From assembly GCF_030028105.1 (NCBI RefSeq), contig NC_092390.1, positions 42,452,777 through 42,516,776 on the forward strand: DNA of 64,000 nucleotides, read 5' to 3'. The position numbers were made by a program, and so were the translations under genes. Positions within the stretch are counted from its first letter, which is position 1, and each line of letters begins with the position of its first letter. A model generated the notes under the pieces. It searched no databases. It was given only the letters and a program-made list of their open reading frames with translations, and was not told the DNA's origin. Positions 49,825 through 62,689 of the stretch are shown here, piece by piece. Origin of the DNA: Mobula birostris (Eukaryota).

Positions 49825-50361
49825 AGCCGGGACATCCCATATATTGGGCTAAATTGGTTTATCCCATACGGGGCCGCCCTTGTCCCGTATTTCCCCCGCT
49901 AAGGTAGAGCGTTCCTATGAAACCGTTCGTAAGTGGAAATGGCGTAAAGCGAAGAAGCAATTACCATTAATTTATATGGGAATAATTTTTGAGTATTCCT
50001 AGACCCAAAAAATAACCTACCAAATCATACCAAATTACACATAAAACCTAAAAGTAACACTAACATATAGTAAAAGCAAGAATGATATGATAAATACACA
50101 GCCTATATAAAGTAGAAATAATGTATGTACAGTATAGTTTCACTTAATAGAATCAGGAAGATTAAACCAGAACTGATTTGTAGAAAAAAATCCGCATGTA
50201 TACGCATGCGCACGTCACGTATGTGCACATCACGCATGCGCACACAGGTGCCCGCACAAGGCTTCATGGTCATGGTAGTCTTTCTCGGGGTAAACACAAG
50301 TGTCCCGTATTTGACTGCTACTTTTGTCCCTTAGTTGGGAGTGAGTAAGTTGGCAACCCTA
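49825..50361. mobile_element. Non-autonomous hAT-type DNA transposon (left end lost)
   Basis: Ends in GTTGGCAACCCTA TIR; subterminal GTCCC motifs; right part shared with 58165-58288. Confidence 0.65.
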
Positions 50362-51702
50362 CCTGGAGACCATCTCAAAATAACAGGATCGCCTCTGGAT
50401 AGTCAAACACTTTTGCAAATTCGGACAAGCTTCTTTTATCACTATGTTGATGGATGGTTCTCTGGACAGAAAGAAAACACCCCAAATATTGACTGACTAT
50501 GTAATTGACCTTGTGTTAAGTGACAAGAAAACTAGCTGGTATCCTTTCCTGAACTCATCCTGGGGTTTTCAATACGTCCAATTAACATAGAACAGTATCC
50601 ATTGTTTTCCTGCATGATTTACAGAACAATGGATACTGTTCTATATTAACGGAACATATTAAAACCCCCATATTGAACAAACTCAAGATGTCCTATGCCT
50701 AATGTCTGGGTTCAGTGGGGTTAAGTAACAATGGTTGTTCTGTTTAAATAGTGTAAAAGCTATTTGTATTACTGGTTACCACTCCCATAACTCCTGATTA
50801 AAGTTACTTAATGATCCCTAAAAAAAGACTAGCAATTTTAATGGTATTTCTGATAACAACTGAGAGAAGTACTTGATAGTTCAGAAGTTTATTTGAACAA
50901 TAAGGAACTGGACAGTATATATGCCACTAGCAATACAGACTGCAAACAGACAGTGAGTTAAGCTACACAGAAAAATATGCTGTAGGAACTCAGCAAGTCA
51001 GGCAGCATCTATGAAGAGGAGTAAATAAACAGTCGATGTTTTGGGTCAAGATCCTCAGCTACTTTCAGATCCAGAATGAACTGGGAAAATGGGGTGATAT
51101 GGCTGGTGGTGGTAGATGTAGTCGCGATGGTAAATCCCAGGAGTCTGATGCTTGCCTATGACACACCAGTGTGTAACTATGCACCTTGGAGAGCAGGAAA
51201 AGAAAATGCCAAGAAACAGCTGTAGAAGGATGACGTTCCCCCATCTTCCATTACCAAGTGTCAGGGAAAAGAAAAACCTCATCTGTGCTGTTTTCCACCT
51301 TCCTGTTGTGTGCCAAATTCTGCTGCAAGAGCAGAAGTGTGTTCACACTCTGTCACAGACAAAGATTCAGGAACTGTACACCCAAAGCTTACAGACTTGA
51401 ATATCAAAGTGGCAGGAAGGACAATAACAGAACTTCAGTGCAAAACACAACTGAGTGCAAAGTGGTTCATGTTCTTCCAATGAGGACTCTAGACTTGGCA
51501 AATGATACACCTAGTGAAGTACTTGGATCAAAAAAAGGTGAAATGCTAGAAACACTCAGCAGGTCAGGCAGCATCTCTGGATAGAAAAACACAGTTAATA
51601 TTTCAGATTAAAGATCCTTTGATGAAACTGGGAACAGGTTTTTGACCTGAAATGTTAATCCTATTCCTTTTCCCATGCTACCTGACTTGCTGAATGTTTC
51701 AA

Positions 51703-51836
51703 CGCAAACAACAGGAATTCTGCAGATGCTGGAAATTCAAGCAACACACATCAAAGTTTCTGGTGAACGCAGCAGGCCAGGCAGCATCTGTAGGAAGAGG
51801 TGCAGTCGACGTTTCAGGCCGAGACCCTTCGTCAGG
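51703..51836 (-). mobile_element. Penelope pseudo-LTR end inserted in an older Penelope fold-back (51535-51700)
   Basis: Same family as the 11-kb element; truncated just past the hammerhead core (reverse complement CTGACGAAGGGTCTCGGCCTGAAACGTCGACT). Confidence 0.85.
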
Positions 51837-51959
51837 GTCCTCTTTTCTCTTTTCCTCTTTTCCATTTATATACATTAATTTAAAGCTGAGCCATCAGCAA
51901 ATTGTTCCTACTCTGAGCTTTTCCATGAATATTTGGATATTCGTTTGGTGCTAATTTGT

Positions 51960-53990
51960 GCCATCAGAAAAGGAGCTTGATTGCCAGGTTCGTGAACTGT
52001 TATTACCCCTCTGCCAGCAGGTCCTTGAACCGATGGGGATAACCTCCCTCAACTTCACTTGCCCCATCACTGAACTGTTACCACAACCAATGGACTCATT
52101 TTCAAGGACTCTTCATCTCCTGTTCTCGATATTTATTGCTTACTTATTTATTATTACTTCTTTTTTTCCTTTGTATTTACACAGCTTGTTCTCTTTTGCA
52201 CACTAGGGAAATACATGTTAGTAGGGAAGTGGTGTTAGGTAAATTGAAGGGATTGAAGGCAGATAAATCCCCCGGGCCAGATGGTCTGCATCCTAGAGTG
52301 CTTAAGGAAGTAGCCCAAGAAATAGAGGATGCATTAGTGATAATTTTTCAAAACTCTTTAGATTCTGGACTAGTTCCTGAGGATTGGAGGGTGGCTAATG
52401 TAACCCCGCTTTTTAAAAAAGGAGGGAGAGAGAAACCGGGGAATTACAGACTGGTAAGCCCGACATCGGTGGTGGGGAAAATGCTGGAGTCAGTTGTGAT
52501 GTGATAACAGCACATTTGGAAAGTGGTGAAATCACTGGACAAAGTCAGCATGGATTTGTGAAAGGAAAATCATGTCTGACGAATCTCATAGAATTTTTTG
52601 AGAAAGTAACTAGTAGAGTGGATAGGGGAGAATCAGTGGATGTGGTATATTTGGATTTTCAAAAGACTTTTGACAAGGTCCCACACAGGAGATTAGTGTG
52701 CAAACTTAAAGCACACGGTATTGGGGGTAAGGTATTGATGTGGATAGAGAATTGGTTGGCAGACAGGAAGCAAATAGTGGGAATAAACGGGACCTTTTCA
52801 GAATGGCAGGCAGTGACTAGTGGGGTACCGCAAGGCTCAGTGCTGGGACCCCAGTTGTTTACAATATCTATTAATGATTTAGAAGAGGGAATTAAATGCA
52901 GCATCTCCAAGTTTGCGAATGACACGATGCTGGGCGGCAGTGTTAGCTGTGAGGAGGATGCTAAGAGGATGCAGGGTGACTTGGATAGCTTAGGTGAGTG
53001 GGCAAGTTCATAGCAGATGCAATTTAATGTGGATAAATGTGAGGTTATCCACTTTGGTGGCAAAAACAGGAAAACAGATTATTATTTGAATCGTGGCCGA
53101 TTAGGAAAAGGGGAGGTGCAATGAGACCTGGGTGTCATTATACACCAGTCATTGAAAGTGGGCATGCAGGTACAGCAGGCGGTGAAAAAGGCAAATGGTA
53201 TGCTGGCATTCATAGCAAGAGGATTCGAGTCCAGGAGCAGGGAGGTACTACTGCAGTTGTACAAGGCCTTAGTGAGATCACTCCTCGAATATTGTGAGCA
53301 GTTTTGGTCCCCTAATCTGAGGAAAGATATTCTTGCCATAGAGGGAGTACAAAGAAGGTTCACCAGATTGATTCCTGGGATGGCAGGACTTTCATATGAT
53401 GAAAGACTGGATCGGCTAGGCTTATACTCGTTGGAATTTAGAAGATTGAGGGGGGATCTTATTGAAACATATAAAATCCTAAAGGGATTGGACAGGCTGC
53501 ATGCAGGACGATTGTTCCTGATGTTGGGGAGGTCCAGAACGAGGGGTCACAGTTTGAGGATAAAGGGACGCTTTTTAGGACCGAGATTAGAAAAAAGTTC
53601 TTCACACAGAGAGTGGTGAATCTGTGGAATTCTCTGCCTCAGGAAACAGTTGAGGCCAGTTCATTGGCTATATTTAAGAGGGAGTTAGATATGGCCCTTG
53701 TGGCTAAAGGGATCAGGGGGTATAGAGAGAAGGCAGGTACAGGGTTCTGAGTTGGATGATCAGCCATGATCGTACTGAATGGTGGTGCAGGCTTGAAGGG
53801 CTGAATGGCCTACTCCTGCACCTATTTTCTATGTTCCTATGTTTCTATCTGCCTGATTGAGTGTTTTTTTTTCATTGAGTCTATAATGGTTATTGGATTT
53901 ATTGAGTATGCCTACAAGAAAATGAATCAGGGTTGTAGATGGTGAGATATATATATATACTCTGATAAAAAAGTTACTTTGAACTTTGAA
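51960..53990 (+). mobile_element. Rex1 3' end split by a CR1 insertion
   Basis: Rex1 UTR 51960-52202 resumes at ~53850 and ends CTCTGATAAAAAAGTTACTTTGAACTTTGAA. Confidence 0.75.
52203..53848 (+). mobile_element. Young 5'-truncated CR1 LINE, RT pseudogene
   Basis: KSPGPDGLHPRVLKE, LDFQKTFDKVPH, SGVPQGSVLGP, KFANDT, EFRRLRGDLIETYKIL; several stops; (CTATGTTT)n tail. Confidence 0.95.
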
Positions 53991-56295
53991 TTTTATACCA
54001 ATCTCTACATCAAAAACTTACTGAAATCCTTGTTTACAAAGTTTCACTGATTGCAGATGCTTGTTTTTTCTTTAAATTGATCGCTGTTGCCCATTGAAGT
54101 AAAGGGTCATGTTTGCTTGTGTAATCAGGCTAATATAAGTAAGTTATGTCTTAAGCAGATGGTAAACAGGAAGCTATATCTATAATGTGGCTGAGTGGTA
54201 CTGGAGTGTTGGGTACCCGCCCCGCTTGTTGCTGCCTGCATAAAGTTGTTGACTGATTAGCCACAATAAAGCAACAAGAGTTTCTCCCATTGTTCATATA
54301 GCTTGCATTACATTATCTTATGTATCTCCAAGTCTATCACAGGAGAGATATTTTTTTACAAAATCTGCATTGCTCTTCCATTGTTTAACCAATTAATTTA
54401 ATTCACAGTGCTAAATTTCAGTTGAACATCAAACGAAGCCCTATCATCTTTCAACAGTAAACAAGTAGTCAAGATATTATTTAGAGCTAATTGCCATGAG
54501 AGAAATAGATAAACGCCTATTTTGGGATGGCATTGTTACAGCAAAGTAGAATGGCAGCTTTGCTCTGAAGTGTTTAATACCTGCTTTTGTATCCAACGTA
54601 AAACATAAAACAGTAAAGCTCAGGAACAGGGCTTTCGGCCTACAATGTGCTAAGCTAATTAAACAAATGCTCCCAATTCCTTGTGCCTGCACATAATCCA
54701 TATCTCTCTATCTCTGCATGTTCATGTTCCCCATCTCAGAGCCTCTTAATAACCTCTACTGTGCCTGCCTCCATCTTCACTGTATTCAGGGCATAGCAGC
54801 CAATTCTAACAAACCAATTGCCACTGCTGGCGACCCCCATGGATTTGTTATATTTGTATGACGCGCCCTCCACTCACTCCAGTAAAGATTGTTCCAAGAG
54901 TCAAAGAGCTGTATTTAATCCTTCATTAGCAACTGGCAAACATATAATCTTGAAGCAATGAAACTTAAGCATACTAAGCGCGAATGTAGCATATTTGAGT
55001 GTAACTAAGCGGTCAACAACAGATTTGACATCCGTCCGTCTCTAGCTACAAACTGCCCAGATCAAGGCATGGATACGAAAACTTATCCACTTTGTTTTAC
55101 CACGCCCCCCACTCACGGAACTGGTTGTCATAGTAAATGTGCCAGACATAATATAATGCAGATAGAGAACAGATGCATGGCTCCTAAATAGGAAATGCGC
55201 AGATAGAGAAGCGATGCTTGGCTCCTACACAGCGAATGTGCTGCCATGAATGGTGGTGGAGGTAACACATTGAAGTTTATTTCCGAGCCAACTTTTACAC
55301 AGAAAACGTTGCTAATCTCTGCTAGGATATAAATTACTTTGGACCAGTGTGATAAAAACAACTGTTTCATTGCAATTTGGAAGATAGAATACTTGCAGCA
55401 GATACTCAAAATAATTTGTTTTGCCACTCTCACTAGGTCTCATCTTTACTTAAGAATTGCCATAATATTCAGCTGCAGCTTGTCTTGAGAACAAGTACAC
55501 CAACTCACTAAAATCTAATTTAAAAAATGAAGCACTAAGGTGTACTGTACAGTACATGTACAATTGTGCTTCTATGTTATATTGACCTGTCGTACATACT
55601 ATTTATTACAAATTACTATAAATTGCAGTCTTAGACCGAGACGTAATGTAAAGATTTTTACTCCTCATGTATGTGAAGGATGTAAGCAATAAAGTCAATT
55701 CAATCCATTGGGAGGGATAAGAACAACAATTTTAAGTAATATCTTTAATGGAGCAAAGACCTTCAGGTGCTTTGCAGCACTGATATCTTGAGAAATTCAG
55801 CATCTAATCAAAGTAGGAGATGTTAGACCCTCAGAGGATTTGTCAGTAAGGTAGCTTTTAAGTGACGTCAGAAAGGCAGTGAATTTTACAAAAAGAATTC
55901 TGGAGCTTAAGGCCACTTTTGTTCAAGCCTTATCTGTAAGTAATGAAGCAATTAAATACAGGGAATCTGCAAATTTCTCTAAGGATGGATGGCTGGAGCA
56001 AATCACAGAGATGGAAAGGGGAATGGATAGCTGAAGAGGGATTCGTAAACAAGAGAATTTATTTCAAAATCTGCCTAAATGTAGGTCAGTGAGCACAGGA
56101 GTGGTAAATACTGGGATTTGCTGTTGCAGGAGCTAAAATCCTTAGTTTTAAGTGCTCTCTTCTTCCAATTACATAAATATACTAACAGAAGATTGCCTCT
56201 CTCCACTGTTGCTGATCTGTCACTGATATCCTTATTCAATTCATTACCTTCAGACCTGACTGTTCCAACACAGCCTTGGCTGGCCTCCCTCATTT

Positions 56296-56590
56296 TAGTG
56301 TAGTCATTAGCATACAGCTATGAGATCGGGGTTCAATTCCCACCACTGTCTGTAAGCAATTTGTATATTCTCCCCGTGACCGTGTGGGTTTCCTCCAGGT
56401 GCTCTGGTTTCCTCCCATGTTCAAAAGATACACATTTAGGGTCACTGAGTTATGAGCATGCTGTGCTGGTGTCAGAAGTGTTGTGACACTTGCAGGCTGC
56501 CCAATACAATCCTCACTGATTCGTCTTGATGCTAAAAACACATTTCACTGTATGCTTTGAAGTACATGTGACTAATAAAGCTAATCTTCA
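56296..56590 (+). mobile_element. V-SINE-like SINE with Rex1-type tail
   Basis: B box GGTTCAATTCC, V core, ends CATTTCACTGTATG..CATGTGACTAATAAAGCTAATCTT. Confidence 0.8.
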
Positions 56591-56876
56591 TCTCAAATTT
56601 AAAGACGATAAAAAGGAGATAAGAAAATTATTTTTTCACTCATTGTCTTAAAGGAGTTTGAAGACAAACATCACCACCACATTTGAGAAAACATCTGGAT
56701 AGCCCAAATCTTGGAAGGCTGCAATTTACCGAAAGTCCATTTTTTGCCTGGTATGGATCTCCTTCTGTGACATAAATTTATTTGATTCCACTATAAATGA
56801 ATACAGTCTTACTGTTGATACAAATATATATCCCAATGTGCAATATGCAGTCTGCTTCAATTTCAGGATGTGGCCT

Positions 56877-56932
56877 GGAGAAGGTTGACGTAGGGAGAAG
56901 GTTGACTTTCAGGAGAAGGTTGACGTAAGGAG
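56877..56932 (+). repeat. Short tandem repeat (GGAGAAGGTTGAC.. x3)
   Basis: Three 17-18 bp units seen directly. Confidence 0.85.
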
Positions 56933-57174
56933 CTGTAGATTTTAATGTGGGTCAGAATCAAATAGTTTTCAAAGCTCTGATATTTAGATTTCTATGTAGG
57001 AGGCTGGATGGCTGAAGGGAGATGGGAATAGCAAGATATAATTTGTGATGTGCTGCATATTCTATGTAAATGTAAAACAAAATATTGCAAGTCTTACTGT
57101 TGCCAAAAAGGTTATGTTCAAAAAGCTAATCCAAATGTCTCAAATAAAAGCAGAGGTTGATGTACAGTTTAAGT

Positions 57175-58388
57175 AAGTGGTCCCCAACCACCGGGCCGTA
57201 AAGCATATGCTACCAGGCTGCGAGGAAACCATATGATTTGCTGATATGAGTCAGCTGCACCTTTCCTCATTCCCTGTCACGGTCACTGTTGGAACTTGAA
57301 CGCACGCGAGGTCATTATGCATACGTCATCCATGTTAGCGCGGGAAGGAGTTCAATTCCTCGAGCCTGCAAATGACAGCGGGCTGAAAAGTATGTTTGAC
57401 ATAACATCTCTGCTGGCATTCTGGATCAAAATCAAGGCTAAATATCCTGAGATAGTCACGAAAGCACTGAAAACGTTGCTTCCATTTCCAACATACCTCT
57501 GCAATGAATGCAATGAAAACTAAATTGCGGAATAGACTGGACATAAGGAACCCCCTTCATGTATCGCTGTCTCCCATCATTCCTCAATGGCACCATCTTG
57601 TTGCAGGGAAACAAGCCCAGGGCTCCCACTGATTCAGCGATATTGGTGTGTTGCATTGATTTTATATGTTCATACGGGGAAAATATGTGCTGTGTGTTTA
57701 ATATCCAAACGTTACTTAAAATGTTATGATGTTATTGACTTATAAGTGACTTTTATAACCATATAACAATTACAGCACAGAAACAGGCCATCTCTGCCCT
57801 TCTAGTCCATGCCGAACGCTACTCTCACCTAGTCCCACTGACCTGCACTCAGCCCATAATCCTCCTTTCCTTTCCTGTCCATATACCTATCCAATTTTTC
57901 TTTAAATGATAATATTGAACCTACCTCTACCACTTCTACTAGAAGTTCGTTCAACACTTACTTCGAGCTCCCCTGTCCTCTCCTGATAATTGACTTATCA
58001 CTATATTCATGCGAGGAAAATATGCACTGTGTGTTTAATATTAAATTCGTTAGATAAACCCTTTTAGAAACGAAATTGAGTGTATTAGCCACTTATCACC
58101 TATATTCCAGTCGTGATTAACAATCCCCTCCCCCCAAACAGAATCGCCAAAAATTATGTGTAGGAAAAAAAATCCGCACGTACACGTATGCGCACACAGG
58201 TGCCCGTGCAAGGCTTCATGATCATTGTAGTCTTTCCTAGGGTAAACACAACATATTTGACTGCTACTCTTGTCCGTTGGCAACCCTACACCACCCGCGC
58301 CCCCCCCCCACCCCACCGGTTGGCCAGTCTGCAAGAATACTGTCAATATTAAACCGGTCCGCAGTGCAAAAAAGGTTGGGGACCCCTG
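57175..58388 (+). mobile_element. hAT/Charlie-type internally deleted DNA transposon (composite)
   Basis: TIRs AAGTGGTCCCCAACC / GGTTGGGGACCCCTG; 8-bp TSD GTTTAAGT/GTTTAAGG; dimerisation-domain remnant LAFWIKIKAKYPEIVTKALKTLLPFPTYLC..KTKLRNRLD..QAQGSH*; nested CR1 tail ~57755-57955. Confidence 0.9.
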
Positions 58389-58559
58389 GTTTAAGGTGTG
58401 CATGTGTGCAGAGTGGTGTGGTGTGTACTGGTTGAGGGCTGGGAAGGATTGATCTTTAAGATTAGAATTCTGAAATCAATGTGCGGATCATGTTAACTGG
58501 GGATGTGAGATGGTAGTCTGTTCAGCACAGCATTGGGATAGTGGAGTCTGGGAGTTAAA

Positions 58560-58905
58560 GGATGAATCATACAGCATGTATCCACGTCAACCATCAAGCA
58601 CCCATTTATGTGCTTCCTATTTTCCCTCTTGCTTTCCCATCATCTCTATTGCACCTCTTTCACCCATCACCAATTCAAACAGTTGGATGGTTCAACCAAT
58701 AAAGTAGGCAATATACTGAGACCAATTAACCTACCAACCATCACGTCTTCTGCAAGAGGAGGAAGCTAGAGCACCTGGGGGGTGGGAGATGCACACAGTT
58801 GCACAGAAAATGTGCAGACTCCCCGCAACACCTAAAGTGAGGACTGAACTCAGGTCACTGGAGCTGTGGGACAGCTATGCGAACTGCTGTGCCATTGGGA
58901 CACCC
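58560..58905 (-). mobile_element. Degenerate V-SINE-like SINE
   Basis: CCAATTAACCTACCAACC..GGAGGAAGCTAGAGCACC..GAACTCAGGTCACTGGAGCTG. Confidence 0.7.
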
Positions 58906-60019
58906 AGAGCTATAAGGGTTTGTTTGCAAATTGGCTGAAGGTGTGTGAGAGGTTTAAAAATAGTTTTGTGCAGGAATCTCTCATGTGTATTTTCCAGAAG
59001 GCTCCATTGTCAAATAAAACTGGCATAAAGCATTTCTCTCACCCATTTCCCACCAGTTATATACCCAAATAATACTTTGTTTGGTCAGTCCTTTTATTAT
59101 ATTACAAGATAAAACTTCACAGTTTTACTTCTGCTAGTTAACATCTCTCTCCTGTATCAGGAATTAAAATATTGTATACCTTTAAAAACAGCCAATCAAC
59201 ACTACAGCAAAAAAGTCACAATTTTCTAAAGAACAAAATGAACACAGAGAAATTGTTGATAGCTAAGTCAAATGGAATTTTGATTCCCTACATGTTCACA
59301 AAGCATTCTTCAGTATGCAGGAAATCCAGTGCAAGTATAATATATAAACAGTGTCGTGATAAAAGCAACAAATGTAGAAATGGATTGTTAATTGTTTAGA
59401 CTTTTGAAATACATCCTAACAATTCAATGCTTCACTTGACTGACCTCAGTTCTGTTGCTTTTTATACATTAAACCACAGAAAATTTGTCATTTTTAAACT
59501 GAGAAACTACTTTACACAGTGCTTGCTTTGAAGTGGCAATGTCAATGAAATCATCAGCATTTGAGGTAAAATAAAATTTTGTCACAGGAGAGGAAATCAC
59601 TCCTGAATCTACAGTAAGTTAGAACCAAATCATTCTGGGTAGTAAAATTTCAAGCTCCCTGTTGCTGCTCCTAGGACAGTGAGCTTCAAGTGTGGCAGAA
59701 TTGGATCGGCACCAATGGCAGCAGAGAATTACATGCCTTACGAAAGGTATCTTCCATCTTTGTCAAGAATATCAACAAGAGATCCTGGAATGGTACTGTA
59801 TCATTAGCCTTGTTTTAATTATCTGCCCATGCCACATGAAACCATCTGCATGGGCCCCCGTATTTATTGCTTGCTAAAATCTTTCAAGCTTCAGTACGTT
59901 CAGATTATGCTCATACAAAGATTATCATTGTAATTCCAGACACCGAGGGGCCTATACCAAACACTGGTCAGTGTAAATTGGTCACTCCTGACAGATTATA
60001 TAAGCATGACCTATATTAT

Positions 60020-60290
60020 AAGCAAAGGTGAAATGTTTAAGGGGAACATGAGGGGGAAAATCTTCCCTCAGAGGGTGGGATGAGTGTGGAATGAACTGCC
60101 AGTGTAAGTGGTGGATGTGGGTTCAAGTTCAGCACTTAAGAGAAGCTTTGATAGGTGCACGGACGGGAGATACATGGGCTGTGGTCTAGGTGCAGATCAA
60201 TGGGACGAGCGAGTATAATCGTTTGGCATGGAATAGACGGGCTGAGGCTGAAGGGCTGCTTCTGTGCTGTAGGCTTCTGCAATTCTATGG
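60020..60290 (+). mobile_element. CR1 3' fragment
   Basis: Matches the reverse complement of 28580-28850. Confidence 0.8.
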
Positions 60291-60529
60291 CCCTGGTCTG
60301 CAGTAAATACACAGCAGATGGAGTTCAATGCCATGTTCACAAGAGCATTCCAAAGAAATTGTGATTCTGATATGTAGTGGGATCAGGGATGAGTTGCACA
60401 GAATAACTTACATGAATAAGTGAATGAAGTAAATTTCAGAATAAGATGTAATTCAACCAGCAAGCTTCCAAGCATCACTTCAAAATCCATAAGGAAGTTT
60501 TTAAAAATTCCAAAACCTGTCCACAATTT

Positions 60530-61928
60530 ACTAAAAATTAAAAATCAAAAGTATTCATCCCCTTTGTAATTACACGCTAACTTTCCTCAGACGCAATATA
60601 CGTATTACCTTACCAATTCATCCAATTTATTGATGTAGAAAATTGGAGTATCACCACTTTTCAATGAATTCATAAGAATAAATAACCCCTCTCTTGGTAA
60701 GTTCCAGCAGTATGGTAGATTTTCAATAGGTCAAACCAAAATGAAGACAAAAGAGCATTCGAGACAAGTCAGAGGAATGATAGCAGAGAAGCACAAATCT
60801 GGGGAAGGGTCCATGAACATACCTCAGAGCTTAGTGCAGCCTATTGTGAAAAAGTGGTAAAAGTACAAAACCACAGCCACACTGCCTAAGTCAGACAGCC
60901 TCTCTAAATTTAGTCACCAGAGAAAAATGGCACGTGTAAGTGAGTCTACTGTGATGCCAACAGTCACTCTGAGTAAGCTGCAGGAGTCAATGGCTGCAAA
61001 TGGCTCCACAATCTCTAAGTCTTTGCAAAAAAATGGTACATATGGAAGAGCAACAAGAAAGAAGCCCTAGCTAAAAAAAAAGTATATCCTTGCCCGTAAA
61101 GACTTTGCAAAGCATCACTTAGAAGATACTGTAAAGATGTGGAAGAAGGTCTTGTGGTTGGATGAGACTAAAGTGGAACTTTTTCCCCTCAACTCTAAGC
61201 AGTAGGCATGGGGTAAATCTGATACTGTGGAATGTTCGGGTAACACCATCCCTACTGTAAAGGATGCTGGAGGTAGCATCATGCGATGGGGATGCTTTTC
61301 AGTAGTAGAGACTGAAAATCTAGTCAGGATTGATGGAAGATAAATGCTGCTAAATACAGAGAGATCATGGATAAAATCATGCTAGCCTCTGCCAGAAAGC
61401 TTAAACTGGGAAGAAAGTTCATATTTCAGCAGGATAACAACCCGAAGCATACTGCCAGACAACCATGGGGCAGATTCAAATGAAGAAACCTAATATCCTT
61501 GTGTGGCCCAGCCAGAGTCTTGTCCTTAATCCGGTCAAACATCTCTGGCAAGATCTCATGATTGCTGTCCACCATTGCTTCCCAACTAACCTGGCAAAGC
61601 TTGAGCAAGGAAATAAGGGCAAATCTCGCTCCATCAAGTTGTGCAAAGCTATTAGAGACTCATCCAAGTTGGCTGTAGTAGCTGTAGGAGGTGGTTCAAA
61701 GAAATACTGAGGAAAAAGGGATGAATACTTTTGAACTGATGACATTTCAGTTGTTTGAATTTTTAGTTTTTCATGCTGCACAAATTTCCCTGATTTGGGC
61801 TTTACTGTGAAAAAAAAAGCATGAGATTCACAAATTAAAATTCTCAGTTAAATTGAGCAAAATCCCCAGTGTAATTCTCATTTATGTGAACAAAGGTTTG
61901 AGGGGCTGAATACTTTTACAAGGCACTG
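60530..61928 (+). mobile_element. Tc1/mariner (DD34E-type, IR/DR) transposon with decayed transposase 60741-61710
   Basis: [66 protein letters not shown]; right TIR ..GAATACTTTTACAAGGCACTG-TA; inner repeats AAAAGTATTCATCCC / GGGATGAATACTTTT. Confidence 0.92.
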
Positions 61929-62255
61929 TATTTCCTTTGCTCAGAGTAATCAGAAAGCATAAAGAAGGACTCATCTTATAAAATGTTTCAGAAACACAAA
62001 GGCAGTGTTTGTTAACAGATTTGCTGCAATGCCAGAACACCTCCTATGGAAGCACTGCTTGCCAATGATCATTGCATAAAATGCCTTTTATATTCTTCGG
62101 GTGAACATACATCCGCAAGCTCAGCAACCTACACAAAGGCTGCAAAGGATATCAATCTGTCAGCTGACGCAGATCTCAGTTTTATTATTTTTAATCCAAT
62201 TTAAGAGGTTACACAAAGTTAAATAAATCAGCTCCAATGAAAAGCCTGTTTCTAT

Positions 62256-62290
<35 letters not shown>

Positions 62291-62313
62291 CCACAAACAC
62301 ACACACATACACA
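62256..62313 (+). repeat. (CA)n microsatellite
   Basis: Seen directly. Confidence 0.95.
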
Positions 62314-62689
62314 GCCACAAGCAATTCCAAATATACATAAGATTATTAAATAATATCCATGACTACATTGTTTCCACTGTAAGGTTAGTTTTATACTTTA
62401 AGCAATTCTCTTGAGGGGAAATTTTATGGGAGGGCACATCGGAAGTTCAGCTATACCCAGTGTAATAGGCTCAAATTACAGTGCAGCATTTATAAAGAAC
62501 AATTCAGATGGGATCATAGAAAATTGACGTACAGAAACACATCTTTTTGTTTTAACTTTTATGGGGAACCTCATGAATGTTCCCTTTTTATCAAAGACAC
62601 TAATACGTCTTTGGGAGCATCAAGGGCTTCATAATGCATGTGAGGACTCTTAAGGTGATCCTGAATTTGATATGAAACCAGAATTAGAT

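Noticed and set aside
56877-56932. CRISPR-like or regulatory array
   Set aside because: Three near-contiguous units without unique spacers, in eukaryotic DNA; a simple minisatellite
59588-59746. Two plus-strand micro-exons (GEEITPEST / DSELQVWQNWIGTNGSRELHALRK)
   Set aside because: Intron only 61 nt, weak second donor, several frames open and an equally plausible overlapping minus-strand exon; not distinguishable from chance
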